Source: Macrostomum lignano | Lineage: Eukaryota | Length of the DNA stretch: 64,000 bases | Direction of reading: 5' to 3' | Assembly: GCA_002269645.1 (NCBI GenBank) | Contig: NIVC01000221.1 | Coordinates: 434,001 to 498,000 of the forward strand | Shown here: piece after piece, positions 39,714 through 52,700 of the stretch | Position numbering within the stretch: the stretch's first letter is position 1 | How the letters are laid out: each line of letters begins with the position of its first letter | Notes under the pieces: model-generated | Told to the model about the DNA's origin: nothing | Database searches by the model: none | Seen by the model: only the letters and a program-made list of their open reading frames with translations | Program-made: the position numbers and the translations under genes

Positions 39714-40564
39714 CCTCGCTGGCCACCTCAGTGGGCACAGCGGCGAATTTCAGCAGGCGGCACATGGGGCTCGAAGGCACGAAGGCGCAGCCCTGACAGT
39801 CCGAGCTGCCGTAGCAGATGGTGGCGCATTCAACTGCGCTGCTGGCTGCGATGCTGCGGTGAGTGATGGAGCTCGCGGAGGCTGTGATGTTCGGCAGAGA
39901 CGTCAGGGGCAGTTTCGGCATCACCGGATCGACTGCGGAAGAGTTGGTTGGAAATATGGAATGCCGATATTACTTTTTATATTTTTACTGGTCAGATTAA
40001 TTCAAATATTGATGCTTAAATCTTCCAATGCGAACTGCATTTAAGGAAAACAGAGTGCTTTTAAGTCGTCCATCGCTAAATTAACATAACCCGTGTTCAT
40101 GCATGTACGAGCTGCGTTAATCCGGAACGCTTACTTGGTGAGTAAGTCAGTTCATAGATAGAATTTCTTGAAGCTCCACCGCAAATCTGAGCCGAGTTTC
40201 CGCTGCAAGCTGAGCTGCAGTCGCTAGCCGGTGCGATGCCGTGCGATCCATAGGTTGAGCCACAGCAGCAGAAGCTGTTGAGCTGAACTCCAAAGTAGCG
40301 AAATCGGCCGTAAGAGCACATCTGGCTGCACAGTTGCAGTGTCATCTTGGCGTCATCGTGACCGAATGCTGGGGCACCAGCGTGAGTCTCAAACTGTCCG
40401 AACTTTTTGACCCCCTGCAGTCCTACAAGATCTCGGTTGCCAACAGTGCCATCTACGTAGCAGCCGATGTGGCGAAACTCCAACGGTTGATGCGGCACCG
40501 CAGCAGCGGCGCAGCGTCCGGGACCGGCTGCCCAGCAGAGCAGCAGAGCGCAAATTTTCAGCAT
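39688..40564 (-). CDS. WSC-PAN family unit 4: secreted WSC + PAN/Apple-like protein, 224 aa (exons 40135-40564, 39688-39932)
   Basis: ATG at 40564 (MLKICALLLCW). Donor CCA A|gtaagc and acceptor ttccgcag|TC, phase 1. 430+245 nt, no internal stops. Confidence 0.9.
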
Positions 40565-40837
40565 TGGGGAAAATCCCAGAGAGTGGCCGAACGGCAGTTT
40601 CTGAGACGCTTCTTCTGATTCAGGTAAGAAGTTCAAGCAATATATTTGCTGCAAGAAGCCAATGAGGAATCACCCACCAATTCTGTGCCTGATTGTCTGA
40701 GGTTTTGCCCTAGTAGGAAAAAGAGATCGACCACTAGTGAGTAGCAAGACAAGAAGATTTAAGGCAAATCTCTGATACTTACTCGGATATATTATATTAA
40801 TCTATATATTAATACTCTGATCTCTGATGTGTTAATA

Positions 40838-41640
<803 letters not shown>

Positions 41641-43244
41641 ATCTTAAAAACGACCGACGGCAACATGTCGCCTATAGTGTGAGTCAGAATTACTTTTTAA
41701 TGAGCCCCCCACCAAACGGCGCCACATGGATTAAAGAAGGTCATGAGCTAGCAAAGCTTCCTACGAAACTCTGTCGCGTTTCGCATGCCTGAACCCCCAC
41801 ACAGTTCGCTAACTCCTTCGGAAATAGATAGATCTAATAATCTACCATTGTGCCTGACAAGGTTGGTTGGAATCGCCTGTTCTGCTTCTATGTGAGTCTT
41901 ATTAGGGCGGAGTGAGGAGTCATAGTGTCTTCGTCTATAGTGACTCTAGCGCCGCTGGGGCAACTCATTTTACTTTGTAACGACTCAGTTACGTCTAATG
42001 TGACGGAGAAGCGACTGTTGCATCAACAACGAGTCACGAGTTGTTCTTAGAGTTACTCTTAGATCGTAAGAGTCGAGAAAAAGTCGTCCAAGAACGTGCT
42101 GGCGCTTAACGTTGTGTTGGCGCTGTTTTGGCGCTTAACTTTCTACTAACTCAGTAGGCCAGGTAGGGTGCAATTAGAGTTCAATAAGATATACACTGGG
42201 TGTAGATTGCGTTCTACCGTAAAAAGCCATTTTTCTCATTTTTGCAGCTATTCAGTGGCGGAGTTTGTCTTATCTGTCTCTAGTTCAAGGCTGACTGATA
42301 GATAGATAGATAGATCAATTTAATCGAACGGCTGCGTTCAGTGACCAAAAATTGACTACTACGAGTAGTTTCTTTCGAAATATGTAGTCAGTCCAGTAAG
42401 CAGTTATAGTAATTGTCACTGTTGTGATTTAACATGAAATGCGTTTCAAGGTCCCTGTATACTATAGATGAATATGCATAACAGTGAAAAGTATAGTAAG
42501 TCTTTGATTAGGCATAAACAGGTTTAACTCCAACTTCTCTGCATGCCTAGACTGTTCGCTCTTGGATTTTAAAAAGACTTTTTATTCCTACAAAAATGAA
42601 ATGCAAAACGCTAGACAGGAGCTGTTTGCTTGAAATGTTTTTCTACCTACAGTTAGTTCGAATTAATTCCGGCTGCCTGCTGTGCCTACACTGATTCCTC
42701 AGCCCCATTGAATATGGTTGATAAATAATGGTCGGGTAGTGCCTCAATGGTATTCGCAGATATGTACTATTGTGCATAGCTGCTTTTGTGCAGCTGTAGG
42801 TACCTATGGATTAGCAGCAGGATGAAGAGAATGACGCGATGGAGGACGACTCACCTGAGATCCTGATGCCTACTTGGCAGACCCACGGAGGATCATGGGG
42901 AGCAACAGCCACTTTTGAGCTTGCTGCCACAGAATCTGCGCAACCCAGACCGCCAAAGGCAGCGACAAGCTGCAGCACAAGAATAGGAAGAAGATGATGA
43001 TGAACTGGGCGAAGATTATTTGATTTTTTAGACTGCCCCTGCTCCCGCACCGTTGCAATCCCTCACCATCTCAGTCCCCTTCTCACCCTCCTGTGCGCAC
43101 ACCTGAGACATCGATTATTGCACTAGCTGAGACTTGAATTACTGCAATTGATGAGAAAAGGATTATTGCGCTGGATAAGTAAATTATTATTCCACTGGCT
43201 GAAAAAAGATCAATTGTACTAGCTGAGACATGGTATTTGTGGGT

Positions 43245-43460
43245 GGGGCGTTGCTTGCTATCGGAGGGGGGTGCTTGCTATCGCGGGGATGCTTGCTATA
43301 AGGGGGAAGCTTGCTATTTGAGGGAGCTTGCTATTGTATTTGAGGGGCTTGCTATTGTATATTGGGGGTGCTTGCTATTTTATTTGGGGGGGATGCTTGA
43401 TATCTGGGGGGATGCTTGTTGTCTTGGGGATGTTTTCTACTAGGGGGAATGCCTGTTATC
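43245..43460 (+). repeat. Degenerate minisatellite of about 19-21 bp with core GGGxGCTTGCTAT
   Basis: About 10 progressively decaying units. Confidence 0.8.
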
Positions 43461-45065
43461 TTTGTGAATGCTTTATTTCGTTGTCGTTTTGTTACTTTTA
43501 GAGAAAAAAAGATTCATAGCAAACATCTTCGTCTGTGACAATTTTACTTGAATTACGTGGTTTATTAAACTGAAGAAGGAACTGCTTCTTAAGAAAACTA
43601 CCCTTTAATGGATTTTACAAATAATTTTTGCTCCTTGCTTATTGGGCTCCCGAAGGGGGGGCACTAGATTGCTAGTGTACTTCTGAAACTATTGTAAACA
43701 TCATCAGATAGACAAGTAAAAGTACAACATATGTCGGACGCCACGTTATTGCAGTGTTCGTACCAAGGACCACTAGAAGGTACCAATAAAAGAATGTAGA
43801 TTTGACAGGTTAAAGTCTTAACAAATTATGCATGCATAAATTTTAAAGCTTTTGCAGCACAAAACTTTAAAACAGTCGAATAAAATGCTGTTTTGAAGCA
43901 ACCATCGCTAAATACACGTGAACCAGCAAGCCTTTGTTTACGGGTGTTACATCCTGTTACAATGCGGTAACTTCCATTGGGTACTTGGTTCCCACTTTAA
44001 GTTATGTCTAGCCTGTGGAAAAACTTGGGGAATTTCGCAACATATAAAATGTTTTACATGCAAAGGGTGATATGAGTACGCAAGTATACGCACGAAGCCA
44101 CATTTCTTTCTTTAAAGCAGGTGTATTTATTGATTCTCGTGTATCTTTGTCTTAAGTTTTTGTACCTTTTATTGTACCAATAGATTGGTTGTATAATCAC
44201 AGGCAATTTAAAGTAGAAATTCATTTATTTTACACGTAATTCGTCAAAAATTACTTGCACTAAAATATCTGCAGTGCCATAATGGCTGACAGAACGGTTG
44301 CGTCAAGGTGACGCTCTTCGACGACCAAAGCGACGAGAGCTTCTCGCTTGGGTACAACTGGACGCCCAAAATGAGGCAGCTGCTGTCGCCATTGAAGAAG
44401 ACTGTGCTACTGCACCGATAATCGATATTGAGGTAGAGCAGACAGACTCCCCGGATGCTAGAGGAGGCTGGATGGATGGATGAGGATGAAAGAGAGGAAA
44501 ACAAAGACCACCGGAATGACAGGATCAGTCCATTGAGTCAAGAAAAACGTCAGTGTCGAGCAGGGTGCATCCTTCTCCAATTGCTTCATTAGCAGCAGCA
44601 GCAGCAGCATCAGTAGTTCCGATGAAGAAGTCCATCTGTAATTGCACGAGACTGTGTGCAAAAGAAGTAGACACACATACGGTATGTCCATACGGTAGTT
44701 TCGCCGTTGCTAGGCAGAAAATCGTCACCAGGCACGGCTTAAATGGCAGTGCCGTCCGTGCTATCCTGCCTGCTGGTGGGTGACGGTGGGTGCGGCTACT
44801 GGTGCGGTAGACAGAAGCTGAATTCTGCAGCGGATCTCCCACTAGTAGTGCACCAGCTGAATAGGCACTTGAGGCACTTAAATAAGCACTTGAATAAGCA
44901 CTTCAATAAGCTGAGTCTAGACGGAGTTAAACGCAGAAGAGGATGGATGTGGCCATGATGCGACTCAGGACGACGTTATCAGATTTCATCCATTGAGGAA
45001 ATTGGTGTCAAGCGCTTCAACGCTGACAAATGTTACATCCACACTGCTCCCCGTTGTTCCCCGGC

Positions 45066-45326
45066 GGGGGCTGTAGTCTAGTGGTTAGAGCGTCGGACTC
45101 ACGACTGAGGTTGGGGGTTCGATTCTCGACCCACTCGGAATAATTTGTGTCCTAGAGCAAGACACTTAACTCGACATTGCTTCAGTTCACACAACTGTAA
45201 GACGGGTGCTAGCTAGGGGTAATCGAGGGTATGTGTGTGACGACCCCCCCCCCCTCCAGTTCTTGGACTGAACAGTCGAACGCAGCCTTCAGATGCGCCT
45301 TGCGATTGCTGCTGCTGAGCTGTCGG
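45066..45326 (+). mobile_element. tRNA-headed SINE family 2 (CORE/MIR-like body)
   Basis: TAGTCTAGTGG A box and GGTTCGATTC B box, then tgtgtcctagagcaagacacttaactc...cttcagtt...ctgtaa. No TSD seen. Confidence 0.75.
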
Positions 45327-46397
45327 TTGCACATCTGGTCCAATTGGGGCAGGTGTAATCATTTATTATTATTATCAATTTCCTGTTACTGGAAGACAGG
45401 CGTGGGTGATTCTGCCCGCCGGACGTGGCAGCAGCTGATGTCGCCCTAGCTTCATCAGGCTAGGGTGCCTCAGGTGCAGCGTCTGCGTGACACTATACAC
45501 TTTGCGCGAGGGTTCGACTACATTGAAGGTAACGAATAAGTTCTCAGCTTAATGTCCAATCTTCCTTAGCTTCAATTTGATATTTTGCTAAATGTTAGAG
45601 ACGACTGAACATTCTGTGGTTTCTTTATCGGCCTCCAGCTCATTTCTAAAAAATGAGCGTTCATGAACTGCAGCTCCAAAGATTTCGTTTATTCCTAAAT
45701 CGAAAAAAAGTGAGAATTTTCCAAAACTTTTCCTTTACCATGACTTGGCATTGTATGAAGAAGACGGTGCGTTTATCGATTTGTAAAGCAAACATCGGTT
45801 CGCTGCTGCGGAAAGTTTAACTTCTTTGTTTCTAGAATTTCCGCAGCTTCTCTGCACGAGTCTTTGACTGGGAAGTTTGGGGGGGGGGAAGTTGCGTCAG
45901 CTACCTACCGGAAAAGCTCCGATACAATGGATCTATAGTCTGCCTTTTCATGACCGAATTAGTATCACCCAACCTAACTTGGGAAAGCCAGGGAATTATT
46001 CCTTCAACTTTTCTGCTGCTTTTCTGAAAGGAATTGACAGCTTATTCATCCCAGATACTGGTACGTCTGCATCCAAAGATACGAGCTAATATTAGATAAG
46101 TTAATCCGTATTTTCACGCATATTTGCTGTAAGGGTATGGCTGTCAAAAAGAAAAATCAAGGGCAAATTCGCTAAAATTATGATCGATAGCAAAAAAACA
46201 TTAAAAAAAGATTTCTATTTTCTTCTTACTACTCCAAAGAACATTTCGGGGTTAACATCAAACTTTATAAAGACAGGTAAAAAACTAATTGAGGGTTAGC
46301 AGCAATGTTCTTAAGAGGTTCAATATATCGTTTTCAGTAACACTCGTTCTATTCATAGTTTTCTCACGTACATAACATTTAAGTCTCTAGCTCAGTC

Positions 46398-46745
46398 ACC
46401 CACAGCCTCACAGCTTCATCCAAACCCACTCAGCCTCAAAGCTTCATCCAGACCCACTCGGCCTCACAGCTTCATCCAGACCCACTTAGCCTCACAGCTT
46501 CATCCAGACCCATTCAGCCTCACAGCTTCATCAAAACCCACTAAGCCTCACAGCTTCATCCAGACCCACTCGGCCTCACAGCTTCATCCAGACCCACTCG
46601 GCCTCACAGCTTCATCCATACCCACTCAGCCTCACAGCTTCATCCAATCCAAACCCACTCAGCCTCACAGCTTCATCCAGACCCACTCGGCCTCACAGCT
46701 TCATCCATACCCACTCAGCCTCACAGCTTCATCCAGACCCACTCA
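46398..46745 (-). repeat. 28-bp stop-codon minisatellite of unit 5 (about 12 copies)
   Basis: Same unit, directly downstream of the PAN exon. Confidence 0.95.
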
Positions 46746-49700
46746 GCCTCGCTGGCCACCTCAGCGGGCACAGCGGCGAATCTCAGCAGGCGGCACATGC
46801 GGCTCGAAGGCACGAAGGCGCAGCCCTGACAGTCCGGGCTGCCGTAGCAGATGGTGGCGCATTCAACTGCGCTGCTGGCTACGATGCTGCGGTGAGTGAC
46901 GGAGCTCGCGGAGGCTGTGATGTTCGGCAGAGACGTCGCGGGCAGTTTCGGCATCACCGGATCGACTGTAGAAGGGTTGGTTGAAAATATTAATATAGTA
47001 TTCTTAACAGCCAGCCTTTTTTCCAATTTCTAAAATTTCGAATATCACGGGGGACTTAAAAACGACATTTTAAAGTCGTTTTTTGGCTAAATTAAAGAAC
47101 CCTGTTTTTACGCATGAAAGAGCTGCGTCAATCCAAAATGCTTACTTGGTGAGTAAGTCAATTCATAGATGGAATTTCTGTAAGTTTCACCGCAAATCTG
47201 AGACGAGTTTCCGCTGCAAGCCAAGCTGCAGTGGCCAGCCGATGCGATGCCGTGCGCCGCGACCGACAATGAGAGAAGAATCATCGAAAACCGCATCTCT
47301 CTATCATTTGGGCTCCCTGAATGGGATAAATGGGGAAAAATGGGGATTTCATGTGAACTTAAGGCTCTGAAATGGAAGCGCTGGCCGATTGAGCCGGTTT
47401 CTCTATCGGATCTCTCTACTGGACCGACAATGAGACAAGAATCGTCGAAAACCGCATCTCTCTATCATTTGGTCTCCCTGAATGGAATAAATGGGGAAAA
47501 ATGGGGATTTCATGTGAACTTATGGCTCAAAGAATCCAGTCTGAGGATCGTCCCGTTCACTGACTGCTATTGAGTCAAATACCAGTAGGCTGGCTACGCT
47601 CTCCCGCTTTTCTGTTGAGTGCGCGTTCGCCGCAATCAAGCAGAACAGGTGTATTCATGAGCGGCATGAGCCATACCAGTGGCAGCAGCCAGCTGAATTC
47701 AGTACATCTAGTCGGCTGGATGTCATTATCGACAACTGTATTGCCAAATACAACCGCTCGCACATTGGATTCCCACTGAATAAAACGCTGCCAAAGTCAT
47801 GGAATGACAGCTCACTTTTTTAGTTTGGTCAGAATTTTACCAGGCGCATGTTTCTCAGCAACGAATTCGATCCGATTGAAGGTGAGAACTACCTGTGTGA
47901 CGCGACCCGAACTCCTATCGAAGGGTCGAGGCGCTGGTCACCAGTTGATGTGCTAGATCCTGAGTCCACAGGCTTTCCTCGAATTGAGATAGAAAACCTT
48001 CAGGAAGTAAGTGTGGGACCATTTCATGTACAGCAGTCTGAAAGCTATATCCAAAACATCCAGGTGCAACGCACGCTTGAGAATTTCGCCGGTGATACGT
48101 TGTTAGAGCTTGAAGACCTTGCATCGCAGCTGCCTCAATCGATGCGCTGCTGGAAATTCCGGCAAGAACAGCAGGCAAGGAACTGGAAAAAAGAAATTCG
48201 GCAACGGGCAACCGTCGTGGATATTTATATCCGTTGTGTTTTCGAGGCACACATCTCGAACATATCGAGTCCTTCTTCGCCTCAACGATTTACCGAATGG
48301 AAACCCTTTTGGATTCCACGATGCCGGTCTAAGGAGGCTACATGCCTACTACTCCTCGTCCAAAGTGGGTAGCCGAACAGCTGGCTGTGACTGCCATGTA
48401 ATGGCAGTTCTTTTGCTCCTAGGTCATTATGCCTACGACCCAGATTCCTTTCGCCAACGATATCCTGAGCGCCGCTTCGTTGATACACAGCTTCCTAAAA
48501 GCCTCAACGCTAATCCTTACTCCTTTCTACCTGCTGAGGAAAATGTTAGAACAGAGCCTCGTCAAGAGCATCGTTCAAAGGAAAGGATGCCAAACAAACA
48601 TCATCAAGAAGTTCAGAGCCGCAGCCTCTCTGTGGACTAAGAAATAGCGGAGCAGACTGCTATGCCAATTCTGCCATTCAGCTTCTTTACTGGATGGAGC
48701 AGAAGGGCCCATTAATGAGACGGGACATAGCTAGCGACTTGCAAAGATCTGTAGAGCTACTTTTTCATCAAATGCTAGCTCTAAAAAATACTTCCGCCGC
48801 AGAAGTACAAGGAATTATCAGGCGCATCTTCCCGGCAGATTTGCTGCTGGTGAACAGCACTGCTTTCTGGAGTTCTTGGAAGCCCTGCTTTCGACTCTCT
48901 CGGTTGCTAATGGCGCCCTTGCAGATGTTACTGCGCTCCGTAATTGTCGACGTTGTGGCTACAGCGCAGCCTCGATTCCAACAGGAACAATCAGTGAACA
49001 AATTCTTTGCGTTCCTCTCTCAGAGTACAGCAGGGCTCCGATTAGCCTTTACGATCTTTTGGAAGAACGACTGCGACCACGCATTTCGCAGTGCGGCCAA
49101 TTAGGATGCGAAGGCTTGATTGAAAGCAGATTATTCCATCAGCGGCCAAGTTTGCAATTATTTACTTCAGCAGGACTCCAGAAAACTATAATACCGAAAA
49201 AATCAACACCCAAATACGGTACTCACCAAGAGCTGAGAGTAATTCCGACTTCGGCAGTCCTGTGATAGTGATATGCCACTATGGCAGATCTCTCCATCGC
49301 GGGCACTACACTACCAGTGTTTGGCATGACAATGTTGGTGGTTGATTGGCGATTCCAGAATTGAGCCCAACTGCAATCCGTTTCTCCGGGATGCACAAAA
49401 TATCGCTGCTGTAGTTGTGCAAAAGAAAGACTAATCGTGCTTTCACTAGATCGTAGACCCGAGCTAGACAAGTTTTAGTTTTTCCTTGCGATGCACTCCA
49501 ACATTCGAAAGACTTATACCTACCTATGAACTTTTGCTTGCCACTACTTGCTCTGTTCCATGTACTTTTGCTTGTTACTATTTGCTCATGCACTTTTGGT
49601 TCCCATTATTTGCAAATGCACTGTATTCATACAGTACTAAAATCGTGCATTTTAATATTTCATTAAACCTGTTCAAAAAAGTCTAATACAGATACTAAAA

Positions 49701-52700
49701 AGATATTTTAACGTTAAATATAGTTACAGAAATCATTAAAACATTCTTTAACATAAAGACTCAAGGCAGCTTTGCCGGCCTGCTTCATCGGTCAGATTCT
49801 CATTGTCGGTCCAGTAGAGAGATCCGATAGAGAAACCGGCTCAATCGGCCAACGCTTCCATTTCAGAGCCTTAAGTTCACATGAAATCCCCATTTTCCCC
49901 ATTTATCCCATTCAGGGAGCCCAAATGATAGAGAGATGCGGTTTTCGACGATTCTTCTCTCATTGTCGGTCCAGTAGAGAGATCCGATAGAGAAACCGGC
50001 TTAATCGGCCACCGCTTCCATTTCAGAGCCTTAAGTTCACATGAAATCCCAATTTTTCCCCATTTGTCCTATGCGGAAGCGGCCGGGGTGGAAGAAAGAT
50101 CAATTACGCTTTTCTTGTCTATTTTGGGTCTGAATAGTGAGAATTTTGCAGCGGTTTGGTTGCTGGACTCACGGCTTCCAAATCGCGCTTAAGTTCAAAT
50201 CCTCTTTCGAATATCACGGGGACTTAAAAACGACATTTTAAAGTCGTATTTTGGCTAAATTAAAGAACCCTGTTTTTACGCATGAAAGAGCTGCGTCAAT
50301 CCAAAATGCTTACTTGGTGAGTAAGTCAATTCATAGATGGAATTTCTGTAAGTTTCACCGCAAATCTGAGACGAGTTTCCGCTGCAAGCCAAGCTGCAGT
50401 GGCCAGCCGATGCGATGCCGTGCGCCGCGACCGACAATGAGAGAAGAATCATCGAAAACCGCATCTCTCTATCATTTGGGCTCCCTGAATGGGATAAATG
50501 GGGAAAAATGGGGATTTCATGTGAACTTAAGGCTCTGAAATGGAAGCGCTGGCCGATTGAGCCGGTTTCTCTATCGGATCTCTCTACTGGACCGACAATG
50601 AGACAAGAATCGTCGAAAACCGCATCTCTCTATCATTTGGTCTCCCTGAATGGAATAAATGGGGAAAAATGGGGATTTCATGTGAACTTATGGCTCAAAG
50701 AATCCAGTCTGAGGATCGTCCCGTTCACTGACTGCTATTGAGTCAAATACCAGTAGGCTGGCTACGCTCTCCCGCTTTTCTGTTGAGTGCGCGTTCGCCG
50801 CAATCAAGCAGAACAGGTGTATTCATGAGCGGCATGAGCCATACCAGTGGCAGCAGCCAGCTGAATTCAGTACATCTAGTCGGCTGGATGTCATTATCGA
50901 CAACTGTATTGCCAAATACAACCGCTCGCACATTGGATTCCCACTGAATAAAACGCTGCCAAAGTCATGGAATGACAGCTCACTTTTTTAGTTTGGTCAG
51001 AATTTTACCAGGCGCATGTTTCTCAGCAACGAATTCGATCCGATTGAAGGTGAGAACTACCTGTGTGACGCGACCCGAACTCCTATCGAAGGGTCGAGGC
51101 GCTGGTCACCAGTTGATGTGCTAGATCCTGAGTCCACAGGCTTTCCTCGAATTGAGATAGAAAACCTTCAGGAAGTAAGTGTGGGACCATTTCATGTACA
51201 GCAGTCTGAAAGCTATATCCAAAACATCCAGGTGCAACGCACGCTTGAGAATTTCGCCGGTGATACGTTGTTAGAGCTTGAAGACCTTGCATCGCAGCTG
51301 CCTCAATCGATGCGCTGCTGGAAATTCCGGCAAGAACAGCAGGCAAGGAACTGGAAAAAAGAAATTCGGCAACGGGCAACCGTCGTGGATATTTATATCC
51401 GTTGTGTTTTCGAGGCACACATCTCGAACATATCGAGTCCTTCTTCGCCTCAACGATTTACCGAATGGAAACCCTTTTGGATTCCACGATGCCGGTCTAA
51501 GGAGGCTACATGCCTACTACTCCTCGTCCAAAGTGGGTAGCCGAACAGCTGGCTGTGACTGCCATGTAATGGCAGTTCTTTTGCTCCTAGGTCATTATGC
51601 CTACGACCCAGATTCCTTTCGCCAACGATATCCTGAGCGCCGCTTCGTTGATACACAGCTTCCTAAAAGCCTCAACGCTAATCCTTACTCCTTTCTACCT
51701 GCTGAGGAAAATGTTAGAACAGAGCCTCGTCAAGAGCATCGTTCAAAGGAAAGGATGCCAAACAAACATCATCAAGAAGTTCAGAGCCGCAGCCTCTCTG
51801 TGGACTAAGAAATAGCGGAGCAGACTGCTATGCCAATTCTGCCATTCAGCTTCTTTACTGGATGGAGCAGAAGGGCCCATTAATGAGACGGGACATAGCT
51901 AGCGACTTGCAAAGATCTGTAGAGCTACTTTTTCATCAAATGCTAGCTCTAAAAAATACTTCCGCCGCAGAAGTACAAGGAATTATCAGGCGCATCTTCC
52001 CGGCAGATTTGCTGCTGGTGAACAGCACTGCTTTCTGGAGTTCTTGGAAGCCCTGCTTTCGACTCTCTCGGTTGCTAATGGCGCCCTTGCAGATGTTACT
52101 GCGCTCCGTAATTGTCGACGTTGTGGCTACAGCGCAGCCTCGATTCCAACAGGAACAATCAGTGAACAAATTCTTTGCGTTCCTCTCTCAGAGTACAGCA
52201 GGGCTCCGATTAGCCTTTACGATCTTTTGGAAGAACGACTGCGACCACGCATTTCGCAGTGCGGCCAATTAGGATGCGAAGGCTTGATTGAAAGCAGATT
52301 ATTCCATCAGCGGCCAAGTTTGCAATTATTTACTTCAGCAGGACTCCAGAAAACTATAATACCGAAAAAATCAACACCCAAATACGGTACTCACCAAGAG
52401 CTGAGAGTAATTCCGACTTCGGCAGTCCTGTGATAGTGATATGCCACTATGGCAGATCTCTCCATCGCGGGCACTACACTACCAGTGTTTGGCATGACAA
52501 TGTTTGGTGGTTGATTGGCGATTCCAGAATTGAGCCCAACTGCAATCCGTTTCTCCGGGATGCACAAAATATCGCTGCTGTAGTTGTGCAAAAGAAAGAC
52601 TAATCGTGCTTTCACTAGATCGTAGACCCGAGCTAGACAAGTTTTAGTTTTTCCTTGCGATGCACTCCAACATTCGAAAGACTTATACCTACCTATGAAC

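Larger units (their letters stand above)
32921..40770 (+). repeat. Segmental duplicate of 40-5210 (direct orientation)
   Basis: 32921-34397 aligns to 40-1523 and 36569-40770 aligns to 1524-5210. The differences are a 2171-bp segment and a 609-bp MITE present only in this copy. Confidence 0.92.

Noticed and set aside
42811-44960. Acidic and Cys-rich peptide fragments (QQDEENDAMEDD..., CNCTRLCAK...)
   Set aside because: Interrupted by stops with no diagnostic motif; probably decayed TE sequence, not classifiable by eye.
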